Of a stretch of DNA of 64,000 bases, positions 37,425-50,670 are shown piece by piece (the first letter of the stretch is position 1; each line of letters opens with the position of its first letter). The position numbers were made by a program, and so were the translations under genes. Origin of the DNA: Sphyrna mokarran. Taxonomy: Eukaryota. Below the pieces are notes generated by a model, which made no database searches, was not told where the DNA came from, and was given only the letters and a program-made list of their open reading frames with translations. The stretch lies in the NCBI GenBank assembly GCA_024679065.1, contig JAGIQG010000011.1:3906001-3970000 (forward strand), written 5' to 3'.

Positions 37425-37960
37425 AGGAAGATTTGCATGTATCCTCGAGTATTCAGAAGTATTTTACAGCCACATTAAGTATTTTTGAAAAAGAAATATA
37501 GCAAAGAAGATGCACGCAAACTCCCAGAGTGGCACAGTGGTTAGCACTGTTGTCCTATAGTGCCAGGAACCCAGATTTGATTCCAGACTTGGGTCCCTGT
37601 CTGTGCAGGGACAGCCGTGTCTGTATGGATTTCCTCTGGGTGCTCTGCTTTCTTCCCACAGTCTGAATATGTGCTGGTTAAGTGCATTGGCCACGCTAAA
37701 TTCTCCCTCAGTGTACCCAAATGGGTACCAGAGTGTGGCAACTAGGGGATTTTCACTATAACTTCATCACAGTGTTAATGTAAACTGACTTGTGACACTA
37801 ATGAACAAACAGCAATGTAGATTATCTATTTTAGTGATTATGGCTGAGTGATAATTGTTAACCAGGACAGTGGGTAGAATTCCACTGTTCCTCAAAAATA
37901 TTGTCCTGGGACTTTTTATACTCATCTGACAGGGCAGAGGTGTCATTCAAAAGACAGAAC
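37425..37960 (-). mobile_element. DeuSINE-like element split by an HE1-like SINE
   Basis: Reverse-complement similarity to 47370-47670. Confidence 0.55.
37529..37803 (+). mobile_element. HE1-like SINE (alternative tail)
   Basis: Head GTGGCACAGTGGTTAGCACTG and tail GGGGATTTTCAC..AACTTCAT..GTGACACTAAT. Confidence 0.8.
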
Positions 37961-38870
37961 GCTAACAATTATCATATAGATTTGTAAGTTTCTATGGGGA
38001 CAGAGAGGTGCTCTTCCCCTTTCTCCAATTTTCACCTTGATTTCTGCAGCTCTCTTGCAGGCATTCAATCACGCCTAACTACAGTGAAGAGGAACAAATT
38101 GGAGATTTCAAAGCTTGCAAACTTGATTCAGACTCATGAGTACGTGAAAGAAGTGCCCCAAATCAAGTTTCAGAAATAAACATCTTTGTTATTTGTGACT
38201 ATCTTGGCTTGTTATCAGAGGAATATGACACTTGTCTGCTAATTTATAAATCAGACTATTCTTACTGTGTCCACCCCAGTTCAATCTGGCATCTCCACAT
38301 TGTAAATCAGAGACCGTGAGTGAAAAGACTCGAATAAGTATGTAATCTCAATCACCACTCTCAATCCTTACAGTAGTATTTGGGATCTGTGGTCAGACTG
38401 GACGTTACTAATCCATGTGAAATTTCAGTAGGTTTATTTGACTATGCCATCGAACCTCATCCTGCCCAGTTTGCTGCTACACCTAGTACAGCCACTCCTG
38501 CACCAGTTTGTTAGCGAATTCAGGAATGAAACTTGAACTGTCCTCTTTCAGGCCATCGGTACATCTGGACATTACCTGAATCCCATTGCTAAAGATATGA
38601 TAGCCATTGAATGTTTAATTTCTTGCCAAGGAGAACATTTTAAATAAGCTTGCTGGCATGTTTTCAAACACTGCCTTCAGCGTGAGCATATTATCATGGG
38701 ACAAGAAAATAGTCTGTGATTGTTGCACAGCTAAAGGTTGACATTATAAAAGCCAGTTTCAGATACCACTGAAACATCAAAAGACAATCCGACTAAACAT
38801 TGTCTAACAAGAAATTTGTACAATCAAAACAAAAAAGAAATAGGCAAAGATATATTTCAGTTATACTTAC

Positions 38871-38879
38871 CTTCCCCAT
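38871..38879 (-). CDS. CRYGS: Crystallin exon 1 coding part (Met-Gly-Lys)
   Basis: ATG GGG AAG followed by GTAAGT on the minus strand. This is the classic 9-nt gamma-crystallin first exon, with a TATA box about 50 nt upstream. Confidence 0.88.
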
Positions 38880-38927
38880 CTTTGAAGTCTTCTGCTAACA
38901 GTTGCGTTATGAGAAACATGCACACGG

Positions 38928-38935
38928 CTTTTATA
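38928..38935 (-). promoter_or_regulatory. TATA box of the crystallin gene (TATAAAAG)
   Basis: Consensus TATAAAAG 49-56 nt upstream of the ATG. Confidence 0.75.
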
Positions 38936-39871
38936 CGCTGTAGGATTTACAGGATATAGCTCTTTTGTCATGGAAATTAGATCAAAATATCGAGTCAGTC
39001 GTTTCAAATCCAGCAAGTTTTCTAGAAAACCTGATGGGATAATAAAATAACCAGAGCGTGAATTCCTCTTAACTGGTTGTTATGTCGGTTGGACTATTGT
39101 TGTGGATAAATTTACCAGCTTTGCTGAATTAATTCAATAAAATCATGCAGACAATCAAAGAGGAGAATAATTGGAGTAATTTGTTTCAATCAAGTTGCTG
39201 AACAAAAACAAAGCTCTGGCCAGATGTCCTGGCAACTCATGGGTAAAAATGTCACCTCTGAAACTCAGTTCAACTGCTGATCTGTGATGAGTTTCTTCAG
39301 CTCAGCTACAACAAGAGTTGGACCGGGCTTAAAGGAGAAATTCTCACCCTTGGCACAGCTAAGAGCTGATAAAATTGATATATTGTTTATTTCAGATTTC
39401 ATCGCGACACAAGCAAGACAATCTAACACTGCGATTTCCTGTAACAATGACGGTTGTCACCTGAACAGGGGCTGCAGATGAACGAGGATAGGATCATGCT
39501 TAGGCTCCTTATGAATAAGAACCATGCAAATACCCCATGGCAATGGAATTATGTGTTAGAAAGTTAACATCTTCAGAGAAAAAAAAGTAAAGCACAGGTG
39601 AGAAATGAATGACGGTTTATTGTGCAACAGTTGATAATCAAAAGGGGTCCTGTTATAGTTTTATGAATTTTACTTTTCAATTGTAAGCCATTTCAGACCG
39701 AGTGCTCAGTTGATAGATGTGACACCAATACTTCTGTTTGTTTAAAAAATGGAATACTATTAGATATTAAACCGTGCCGCCCAAAACAGGAAACTCCTTA
39801 AATTGTGTAAAACACCGATTTGCTAGTTAACATTGTAAACATGTTTGGTTCCAGTAACAATCATGACCAAT

Positions 39872-40100
39872 GATTTTGATTTGATTAATTACTATCACAT
39901 GTATCAGTGTACAGTGAAAAGTATTGTTTCTTGCACACTATACAGGCAAAGCATACCATTCATAGAAGAGAGGCTGCAGAATGTAGTGTTACAGTCATAG
40001 CTCGGGTGTAGGGAAAAATCAACTTAATATAAGGTAGTTCCATTCAAAGGTCTCGCAGCAGAGAAGAAACTATTCTTGGGTTGCTTGATATGTGTTTTCA
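39872..40100 (-). mobile_element. Rex1/Babar 3' UTR fragment
   Basis: Reverse complement of the 3' ends at 28700-28888 and 63590-63718; (GATTT)n tail. Confidence 0.7.
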
Positions 40101-42960
40101 GAGATACACCGCAGAGGGAATTTTAAGATAAAATAGTTTCTGTAAACATAATAATGAAATTTCTAACATGTTCACAAAGGCTGGAATGTGAAATAGCATG
40201 TGAGCCAATCCTCTCTATTTAGGATTCAAATTGCTTCCTCTGCCACTTCACCTGCAGTTCATCCCTTCAGAATCATTGGGTAACATCAGGCAGCACGGGA
40301 CTCCTGTTTCCACCTTTTCAATGTTTTGAGGTATACATTTCTCTGAGGCCGGTGCTGAACCTCAATGTTAATACCTTTCTCTATTCATCTGTTCACAAAG
40401 AAGATCTTAAGCATCCAAGACAATATGTCTTTTCAAAATTCTTCTGCCTATTGCTAAAACAATCAATTTAGACAATCCATAGCCTTATACAAGTTATAGT
40501 ATGTACAATCCACAGTACTGCTTGATATTAAAGGAATGCATGTGATTTTTTTTAAAGGATAGACTGAGGATGGGGTGAGGGAGAGGAATAGTTTCTAAAT
40601 AGAGAAAAGAAGCTAATTGGCTGAATACCAGTTTCTCATTCCAGCCTCTTGTTAGCAAGTTACACAATTATATCTCATTATGCTTATAAACATCATTTTA
40701 TCCCAAATTCCGTCTACCATGCATCTTAGTTGACTAAAACTGCAAAATGAGTTTAGCTCTATGTTTTACATGTATATGCCTAAGGCTAGTCCAAGGAATC
40801 AACTTTCTATTATTGTCACTTTATCGGAAAGCATCTGAGAAAGCAACATGGCTGATATCAATAACTCACCTCGGGATATGAATCCAGGATTTAGAGTACA
40901 GAATCTAACAGTTCAAGCACATTCTTAGCACTAAATTATACTGTAAACTTCAATAAAGTCCATGATTCCCTACACAATCTCAACAGATGACAATCAAATA
41001 TTTGCACTGAGGAAGATGAAGCTAAATTCATTAGTGTTAATAATGAATTGGTTCATTGGTAAGAAAATTATAAAAGTTGCTCTTTCAAAATCTCACTGTG
41101 GCTGACATACTGAAGGCAGACATCTTCCTGTGGTGAAAAGCTATGGACTATGGCTGGGGCTACTGCAGCTGACCAAGACCATCCTCTGAATTGAATAATA
41201 TTACTCAAAAGTATTCAAAAAAAGGTAGTTTTAAAAAGGCTATTGTAATTAATTTAAATATTGACCTATAGATAAATTAAGAAATTTTTCCCTGTCTTAA
41301 ACACAAATAAAATGAACCACAAAATTATCAACACATTTTGCACATGCTATCAGTTTTAACTCATAGCTGCATTTAATGTGGTGGACTAGACAACAACAAA
41401 CCAGGACACAGCATAGTTAAGATTTAACATTTTAGACTTTGTTGAAATGACAGAAAGGGTAAATTCAATAAGTACAAAAGGGTATTTGTTATTTTTCATA
41501 TTATTCCATACGTTACAGAGTACTATTGATCAAAGACAATTACAAAGTTTTCCTACAAGTGATAAAGTTACAATAAATGCAACTGACCCAACAACTGCAG
41601 TTTGAGACTCTTATATAAAGTGTGTAACTTTGGATTCAAGATAAACATTGAATAAGTTTGATTTTCTAAGGTATTCCATGTTGGATCAGCAATTTTAAGG
41701 CGTGAACAGTTGAACCGCTAAAATTTGGAAGGACACAGGTTTAATTTTAGCATCACAATGGGTTTCTGCATCCCTTGAAATAAAGCATCCACATTGCCTG
41801 CTATCCATCAACAAGGTTGGAAATGTATATGTAAATATCAAATAGAGGCCAGGGTTCGGCTCAGCACCAATGCTCTCCAGAACACACTGACTTGACATAT
41901 TCTTTATTGTTGAGGTTCATGCACATAATAGGCACATGGGAAATATTGAAGTATACTGCTTCAAATGGAACAAAATACTGGCTTGAATGGAAGTAGGGAA
42001 GAAAAATGAACGGGAGAAAAAAACAAACTAAAATGTTTAAGTGCTGGACAAGATCTGTTTTAGGCAAGCATTTTGCCCGTCAATATAAGCAGAGAAGAAT
42101 ATTTTCTCAGATGCTTTTGGGAGAGCCGATTACTAACTCACATGACTTGTTAAAAGCCAAGATATCATTCACGTACCTGAGATTACAAGAAGGGCATCAG
42201 GAGAAAGCAAGATAATGTAGGAAGAACCACCCAAGTGCTGGGGAAACCCTAAATTATTTTAGCTTGTACGAAAATAAACTCAAGGCAGAATTGAATCTAA
42301 TGGAATAAAAACTAAAGCTCTGAGGTTAAGGAAATACACATTATTAAACAGTTCTCTAAACTTCCTATAAAGATCTGAATGGGGAGAGAAACACTGTTAA
42401 AGTTTTTGAAACTACTCAGAGAAGTGAACAGGGTGGGTGGGGAGTGGGAGGATGGAGAAGGAGGCACATTTCAAAGAAACTAATAAAATATTCATTATAT
42501 ACATTATTAAGCGCTCTTTTCTTTATCTCCTTGGTATTTAAAATTAAGTCTACAGTTAGGGGTCAAGCCCCTTGTGTTCAAAGTAAATTTTAATTAGGGC
42601 TAAGCATGAAACTGTACTGCAGAAATTTTTGAAAAATCCATATAAACTGCCATTATATTGGTGCTAGAAATAAAAATGAAATTAATCTTTGCATAGCACC
42701 ATAATTGTAAGAATGATATTAGTGAACCAAACTGCAAAGTCCAATACAATGCTATTTGAAATGTGGTAATGGCACTAATGTGTGAAACATGCACAAAAAA
42801 TTTGTTGTATTACATTTTTATGAAATGCATAATTCATTGGAGTCCAATCACATTGAATGATGCAGGGTCTCAAAAAAAATGTATATTTGAAAGCGGCACA
42901 ATGATGGAAGAGTCCAAATATAGTCGTGGGAATAAATCTGAACATAGAACTTATGAATTA

Positions 42961-43090
42961 TCAACAAGTAGTTTGTTTTGAGGAACTAGGAGCTGGAATA
43001 AGACTGTCCAGCTGCTGACGATGTCCAGTTTGATTCAGCCATTCACAGAATTCCTGCTCCACCAGGTTTTGAAACAGCTTGCGTTGTTCT
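42961..43090 (-). CDS. TBCCD1: TBCCD1 last coding exon
   Basis: ttttccag acceptor. Reads EQRKLFQNLVEQEFCEWLNQTGHRQQLDSLIPAPSSSKQTTC*. Confidence 0.93.
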
Positions 43091-44315
43091 CTGGAAAAAA
43101 GCAGTAAAAATATTAGCAAAGCCGTTAAAACATTCTAAACTTTCCACGAAGACAAGGTTCTGTTTCCCCAGATTCAACAACTGATCAACAAGTAAAGCCC
43201 ATCACTCAGTCAATGCTCACCCACCCTGCGAATTTCTATTTTCATACACAAATCAAAATAAAGATTGTACCACTGTATTACATTCTCTTCAGGGGCTCAG
43301 TACTTCATAGCAAACTTTCTTCAGGAGGAAAATATAAAGAAATTGGTAGTGGAAAATCCACTTTTTTTCAATCAAGTACAAAATTTTAGATTATCTAGAA
43401 CAGATAGATTCAAGCTAGTTTTCTAGTCAGAATGTAGTTTGTTTATGTCTTGAAGTTTCCTTATCTTAAAACACTACACAATTAACATACTCTATGCTTA
43501 ATCTACTGCAAACACAATATTTCTTTATTATCATGATGGTGCAGTGCAGTAAGTATGCAAAGCTCTACTACCTGCAGTCAAAGCCCAAATGCTTCAGAGA
43601 CTTCCATTATGATTTTTATTGTGCAATTATATGCCTATAGTTGTGCTTCTTTGGAATAAGGATACAAAAAATAAAACCATTTAAAGCTTCAACTAGCAGA
43701 ATAAAAAAAAGAATGGTTACCTGAGAATAATTAGCTTCTTGCCAACTAACCAAAAGGCTCAGACATGCCAATGGCAGTGACAAAAACTAGAGTAATAATA
43801 GTTCTCTGAATCTCTCAGTGACAATTCTACAATTATCCCAGAGGATCCAATACATACTGAAAAAGTTGTGTAGTGACTTAATTCAATTACAGGTGCTGCT
43901 AATATTGAGAGAACCATCATAACTGTTTGTGTAATGTTGAGACTGAAGGATTGATAATTACACTGTCACTACAAGTTCAGAACTGAAATTAAAAGGAACG
44001 TTTATAATTAGGATATATTCTAGCAGAGAACTGAACTCTACTGGTAATACTATATGATTTAAATGTAATGCAACAAGAGTTATACCAAAAATGACAACTA
44101 GTGAATGTGCGTCTTTACTCCTCTACTCCATAAAGGATTGCAAGTGATATTTTAAACACAAGATCAACAACAGGACCCAACTGCTACCATTCTCACTGGA
44201 TAACAGTTAGACATAGGAATATTTTCTTTCATAGCTCAAGACGCTGAGGCTAACAGTAGAATGCTTCCCAACTGAAATCATTTAATTCAGTCCAGGTCAA
44301 GGATGAACTTGAAAT

Positions 44316-44490
44316 AAAAACAAAGTGCTGGGAAACTCAGCAGCATCTGTGGAGAGAAAAACAGAGTTCGTGTTTCAAGTCCATGTTAACTGTTTTTCTC
44401 TCTTCATAGATGCTTCAGTTCCGCTGAGTTTTCCCAGCACTTTTTGTTCTTATTTTACATTTTGAGCATTCAGTATTTTGCTTTTATTAT
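44316..44490. repeat. Hairpin (inverted-repeat) element, probably Penelope-derived
   Basis: Arms AAAGTGCTGGGAAACTCAGC..AGCATCTGTGGAGAGAAAAACAG and CTGTTTTTCTCTC..AGATGCT..GCTGAGTTTTCCCAGCACTTT. Confidence 0.7.
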
Positions 44491-44948
44491 AAGGGTGAAT
44501 CTGAGACAGGTTTCAGTCAGTGTGCTGGATTGACTCTATCATAGGGCAACATGAATAAATAAAGTATCTTCTACCAAGCTGATTTGAAGGTTCCAGATCA
44601 ATATCAATTTGTAGCAAGATAGCTGATCTCAGCCAAGGTGACAGTAAAGCAGCCTCATATCCCTAGGCTGGTGAGGGAGAAGCAAAAAAATAAGATCAGT
44701 GGGAATTAATTTTTTGGCTGTCAATGTGAATATCTAGATAGAATATGGGTTAGTTCCGGTGATCGCATAGATGGAGATTCCTGACGATCACCACCTTAGA
44801 TTCATATGTGAAGAACAGTTGCTGAGGCAACAAATACGAGTGCTTCTGCCACAAATAAAATCATTCCCAACAATAGTTCCTGTGCTCACAAAAGGAGATG
44901 GAAGAGACAAATATCTCAAACCAGTATTTTCAGTGCATGATTACTCAC

Positions 44949-45446
44949 TTGCTAAGTCCTGCTTCTTTAATAGTCTTCTGCCAATTCTGTATTTTCTGTT
45001 CTCTCTGTCTTACAGCTTTTTCATATGCCGGTGGTAGTCCTCCTGGGATCTCCATAGTGTCACCCTCTATTTCAAATGGAATCACAAATAGATAAAATTC
45101 TTTGGGGGACAGCAGCTGATAGACAGGCATTTCATTATTGTCCACACCAATGTACAATGGTTTATTCCAGTAATTGGGAATTGTGGCTATTCCTGTCTTA
45201 GCCATGTGATCCTCTAACATTGGATAGTAAGTATGGTATGGAGCAAATGTTAAGCTTATGTTCCCAGACATGATTAGAGGATTGGTAGATGTGAGACAGT
45301 GGAAAGTACATGTAGACGATGATGAGACTGAAAGTCTGCGGCAGATAGCTATTACTTTCACATCATCACAGCTATGGACGTGGATGGTTGTTTGTACAGG
45401 ACCAAGAACAAAGGTTGTATTTCTGCACTTCTCAATACTGACAGAC
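44949..45446 (-). CDS. TBCCD1: TBCCD1 exon (TBCC/C-CAP domain)
   Basis: gcag acceptor, gtgagt donor. Reads SVSIEKCRNTTFVLGPV...YPMLEDHMAKTG...EGDTMEIPGGLP. Confidence 0.96.
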
Positions 45447-46244
45447 CTGCAACGAGAAAACAATATGCGTATAAAGAATACAAAAAAGGCAAATCTTCAT
45501 ATGTATTTACTTTACTCCAAATAAAAGTTCTTCTTTTCCCTTCTAAAGATTCAAATTGCTGTTGTAATGCAGCACTTTCTCAACTGGGACTGAGAAAGTA
45601 GTTCACTCCAAAGATCCTGCCAGTGCTGCCATCTTGAGTACTCCAAGTAGACTTTATGCATTCCTGGGAAGAAATGCTTGGATTCCATTTTGTGCCTCAT
45701 TTCTCTAATGTCCTCCAGCCTCATAATTATCTGGGATATACGTGCTCATCAAATTTTGGCTTCTTAACCATCCCTAATTTTAATTATTCCACTGTTGGTG
45801 GCCCTCCTTACTGTATTTTCCTGTTTTAAGACATTCCTTAAAACCTGTTCAAGCATGTTTTTGGTCATCTGCCTCAATATGCTGGATGCCATTATTTGTT
45901 TTACACTACTTCAGTGAATCACTTTAGAATATGTTAATGCATTAATGGTCAATACCAATTGTTGTTGAGTGTATAGATATTCTAGTTAAATTAACACCTC
46001 CTGATAACACACAAAAAAATAAAGTTTCCTTGTGAAGTGGTGGCATAATTCTAACGAGCATAGTATTCTCTGCAGAACCTAGATCATTTAAACCTTACCC
46101 AAAAATCTAAATAAAAACTAGTTTCATATAGAAATAAAAATATTGACATTACCAATAGAACTGTTTAATGAGCCAGATTTATTTTATCAGTCTAAAACCA
46201 ATGTAAATTCTGCAATCTTTCTGTTGCATTAACATAAACCTTAC

Positions 46245-46431
46245 CTTAAAGGAGATAAGAGATATATATAGCAGTCATTGCAGCGATGAATTTTAACATG
46301 AGCTCCAACCAGTTGATCTGAGCTTTTAGCCAGGGTTTGCTTGTATACTTGTGTCATTACTACCACCTTGTGGCCTTTGGGTGCTGAATAAATATTGCAT
46401 GCAATCTTTGCCCGTTTTGTAGTACCTTCAA
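46245..46431 (-). CDS. TBCCD1: TBCCD1 exon
   Basis: ctaag acceptor, gtaagg donor. Reads EGTTKRAKIACN...QVYKQTLAKSSD..HVKIHRCNDCYIYLLSPLR. Confidence 0.95.
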
Positions 46432-46997
46432 CTTAGAAACAGATGAGGTAGCTTAGTAATATTGCATGGACTGCTAAATGTTTGCATGTCAAAAATCTGT
46501 GCCTATCTAGACACATTTAATGCCAGAGAATCATATATTCAACTGCACAATCTAAATTATAAATCTAATCAATAACTCAATCTAATGTAAATTAGGTAAA
46601 TTGTAAAACAGAAAAAGTTACTCACTTAAACTTGTTTCAGAAATCACTTGTTATAATAATAGTTACTCTAATTTGATGAGTGAACTATTCATTAAAAATT
46701 CTATTATTTATTATAACAATGTCAATACTATATGGATGCTAGATCTATTTAATTACTAGCAATGAAACAGGAAAACAGTGATGAAGAAGGTTGTGTCTAT
46801 AGAATGATGGTGAATAGTAAGGGGAGGTGATTAGATTCTATCTTATTACTGGATATGGCATCATCTCAGTGGCATGGAAATTCCTAGTAGCGACAGCCCA
46901 AGTGTGGATATTGTCCCAAGCTTTGCTACGTGTGGGCAACACTATTTCATTACTGAGGAATTGCAAATGAAACTGAAGACTCTGCCATCAGTAAACA

Positions 46998-47317
46998 GGG
47001 CGGCAAGATGGCACTGTGATTAACACTGCTGTCTCACAGCACCAGAAGCCCAGGTTCCATTTCCTGTCTTGGTGAAGGTCTATGTGGAGTTTACATATTC
47101 TCCCTGTGTCTGCAAGCATTTACTCCAGGTACTCTAGTTTCCTCCCACAGTCAAAGATGTGTGAGTTAGGTTGATTGGCTATAGTAAATTTCCCCTTAGT
47201 GTTCGGGGGTAGGAAGGGTAAGTAAGTGGGATTATGGGATATGGCCTAGGAAAGATTGTGATCAGCGCAGACTCAATTGTCCAAACAGCCTTATTCTGCA
47301 CTATAGGGATTCTATGA
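46998..47317 (+). mobile_element. HE1-like SINE, full length
   Basis: GGGCGGCAAGATGGCACTGTG head through the GGGATTCTATGA tail. Confidence 0.8.
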
Positions 47318-47369
47318 TCCTGACTTCTGATGATAGAGACTTATGCACAAAATCTAGGATGACACTTTG

Positions 47370-47672
47370 TGGATGAAACATTATATAAAGGCTGCTGTCT
47401 TTAAGAGAGCTAATTGAGGCTCTGTTTGTCCTCTTAGGTGGACATAAAAGAATCCACAGCACTATTCTGTCCTTTTGTTCTAGCCAATATATTTTTCCCC
47501 TTCAATCCACTAAAACTGGCTATTTCACATTGCTGTTAGTGGAGGTTTTGCTGTGCATAAATTAGCAGCTGTGTTTCCCACATTACAACAATGACACATT
47601 TCAAAGTACTTTACTGAGTGTGAAATATTTTGCTTGGTCACATGGGTGGAAAAGGCATGACATAAATGTAAA
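47370..47672 (+). mobile_element. DeuSINE-like element (SacSINE1/AmnSINE1 superfamily)
   Basis: CTCTTAGGTGGACATAAAAGAATCCACAGCACTATT..TCACATTGCTGTTAGTGG..TGCTGTGCATAAATT resembles the Deu domain. Confidence 0.6.
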
Positions 47673-50066
47673 CATATTTATGATGGAGAGAAGGTTCTAT
47701 TTGAATTTGGAGATTAGCCAAATCATGATTGCATGTCCTCTTTAAGAGGACCTGTGGTGATTGCCTCTTTGAAGGCAATATAGCAGGGAAACATACACCT
47801 GAACTGGGTAACAAATCAGGACTCAGAATGGTGAATTACTCCAGGCGAAGGAGTTCTCTTAGGCAAGAGGCATTTTGGAATGCGCTGCAGACATGTTACT
47901 GACCTTGCAGATCACTAAATAAATCCCTTTTTATTCTCTAATGAAATCTCCACAAGTGCATCATTATAGCACCGTAGCACATCAAGCAGTTCCCTGGTAT
48001 CAAGCTTAATAGTTGGATGACAGTGCAAAATAGGATGCAAGGACCAGGATATTTTGAGGACAGTGATTATTAGGATAGCTTTCCTTTTCTGAAGGTCCTT
48101 GATGAAACAGTGGAAGACTGGTTAAGCCTGAGGCACTATCCTGAAGAACTCCTGAGTGATGTTTTGTAATGATTATAGATCTTAAATCAAAGCAGGATAT
48201 TTTTTAGAAGGCTTTCATATTTAATTTTTAAAACTGTACACTTGATTGAATCAAAATACAAGGCTTTACACATCTGAGCATTTCTCTCATTTTTGCATCA
48301 TTGGCTGTTGACCTGGTTGAGTTCCATACGTGTCAACAAATCTTCTACATTTTATTCAAGTCATCATATCTGAGTTAAGCCACTGAATTTTGGCAGCTCT
48401 TTCACCATGGAATCCAATAAAATAAAATCTTGTACTCAACCAAACACATGCTCTTTCAATTAAGATGATGTGAACTTTCACTCTTTAAGCCATCAGTGAG
48501 GCTGTAAAAACTCTATGCTACACCTTGTTGAACGAGGAGTGGCTGGGTTTTCATTGCTTACAAAGTTTTAATTAGTTCCCTTCGACTTCTTGGAGCCTGA
48601 AAAACTAATTTTATATTTGTGGAATGCCAAATTTGTCCAGTGTGATAATAAGATTCTGTAGATTTTTAAAATAATAAAAAATACAGTTTGATATTTTAAC
48701 TTCTACCTTAATCTCCTGCTTATGTCTTAACCTTTATTTTTCTCCCTGTAAAATGATTCAAAATAAAGGATAATCCATATTTTTAACTTCTGCTTTGCTG
48801 TCTGTTGAATTTCTTCAATCTAAAGCCTACTTGATGATATCAATACCAGAGATCTCCTAGAACTGATGCTAGATCTTTGTGGACAAAGAAATCCTAATTT
48901 CTTTGATTAGGATTTGAATCTGTACCTTTCTGGTTTGTATGGATCATTGTATTATAAAACAATATACTCAGTGGGGAAGCCCTTCTCACACTTAAAAAAC
49001 TATAGTAATTCATCATGTATACTATTATGCCAAACATGCAACATACAACTCCAAAAAACATTTTTCAATAACTGAAATATTGTTCTGTTTTCAAACTCAA
49101 ATAAAATTTTAGTGAAGTGCACTTTGGCAGCTTTTGATATTGCTAAAATATTCTTTCCAAAATTTAGTGACACATAATTGAGTCAAAGTCTACTGACTTA
49201 GAGCGACATTGTTAAAATTGAGCCCATAATGTCAAATTCTACAACAATTCAAAAAGATAACGTTAGAAATCATTTTTTATGTTACAAAATGTATTATTGT
49301 TGAATAAATTTGGTCAACACCAGATATATCACCATAAACTAAAGTACTTGGAGCATGTTAAGGAACATAGCATTAAAATGCTCTTTAAGTTTATTAGAGT
49401 CACAAGAATGCTTACATTAACAGTGCAATAAAGTTACTGTGAAAATCCCCTAGTCACTACACTCCGGCCACTTGTTGGGTAAGACATTCTTTGTGATAAT
49501 TCTTTTGTTTCCCGATTGTACATCTCCAATATAAAATAGCCAGAAATATAGTGTAGTGTTTACACAGTGGACAGTGGAGCTAATTATCATCCTTAAAGAT
49601 ATTTTTAATTTCAACAAAGCAATCGAAGAGCACTACTTACCAGAGCCAGAAAGTGCATCTTTAAGCCAAAAGTAATAAAAACAGACAAGTCACTGTTGGA
49701 CAGCTTTCATACACTTCCTTATAACTAGTTATCATCACCAGCAAATACTGCAAAGTTGATTTCCTGCCTTCACTCTCTAAATATGATAGTTTATATTGGT
49801 AAAGGAAAGGGGTGGAAAGAGTTAAAGGAACAGAAAATATTGACAGCCTTGACATAATATGGGAGGGTTTTCAGAAATACGTAGCTAAAGAACTTCATGG
49901 TTAGTATTGAACTCGGCAGCTATTTTTATGGGCCAGTGAGAATTGGCTGAAGTGAAGAGCAGAACCTACATTTACTATTTGATTCCCAGCCAAGAAGGTT
50001 ATTTTACATAGTTTCTGCAAATTCCAATTATAATTTTACTTTCAAGATCTAATCCAGTTAAATTAC

Positions 50067-50433
50067 CTTGCTGTGCCCATGCCAGTTTCTTCCCCTTTTG
50101 AAAGCAGACTGCAGTACCGAAAGGATTTGGTCCCAGCACACTTCTCAACCAAGCCTGTAGTTTATGGAAACAGAACATCTTGGAAATCCTGGAGTAGCCA
50201 GATGTGGCTAGAATTGGTTGCCAGAGAGCCAGTTCGTGCACAGGGTAAATAACTTCATTCTGGCCAACGCTTCCTTCAATGAGAAAGTTCAATGCTTTAA
50301 CCGCTTCTACAGATATCATACTGTCATGCGTTGTGTGGGCTGAAGCAGTGAGTTGCTCAGGGTCCAGTAGAAGCTCTAACAACTCTAACAAGTGGTTCAG
50401 AACAAATACCAGATGGTTATGGTCATCCATATT
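50067..50433 (-). CDS. TBCCD1: TBCCD1 exon
   Basis: atgcag acceptor, gtaatt donor. Reads LLELLLDPEQLTAS...HELALWQP...NPFGTAVC..GKKLAWAQQ. Confidence 0.95.
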
Positions 50434-50670
50434 CTGCATTATATAAAGACAAAGTAACAATTTTCAGTAATTTATTATGAGTCATTTCAGTATTAGATTG
50501 TTCATATTACAATGTTTTTAAAAACTAACAATTGAAAACGATCATTAGCTGCAGTTTGGGAAATATTCATGCTATAAAGTGGAGGTGGATCCCCAGCTTC
50601 TGAGAATTAACACTGAAACATCCAAAAGGGTACTTCACCCTGTAATCTGTAAAAAAAAAGTGTGAAGTGG

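Noticed and set aside
42958-42966. TBCCD1 ends TGT TGA TAA (Cys-UGA-UAA), reminiscent of a C-terminal Cys-Sec motif
   Set aside because: The TGA falls where the human protein also ends, Sec would be the very last residue, and I could not identify a SECIS. A tandem stop is the simpler explanation.
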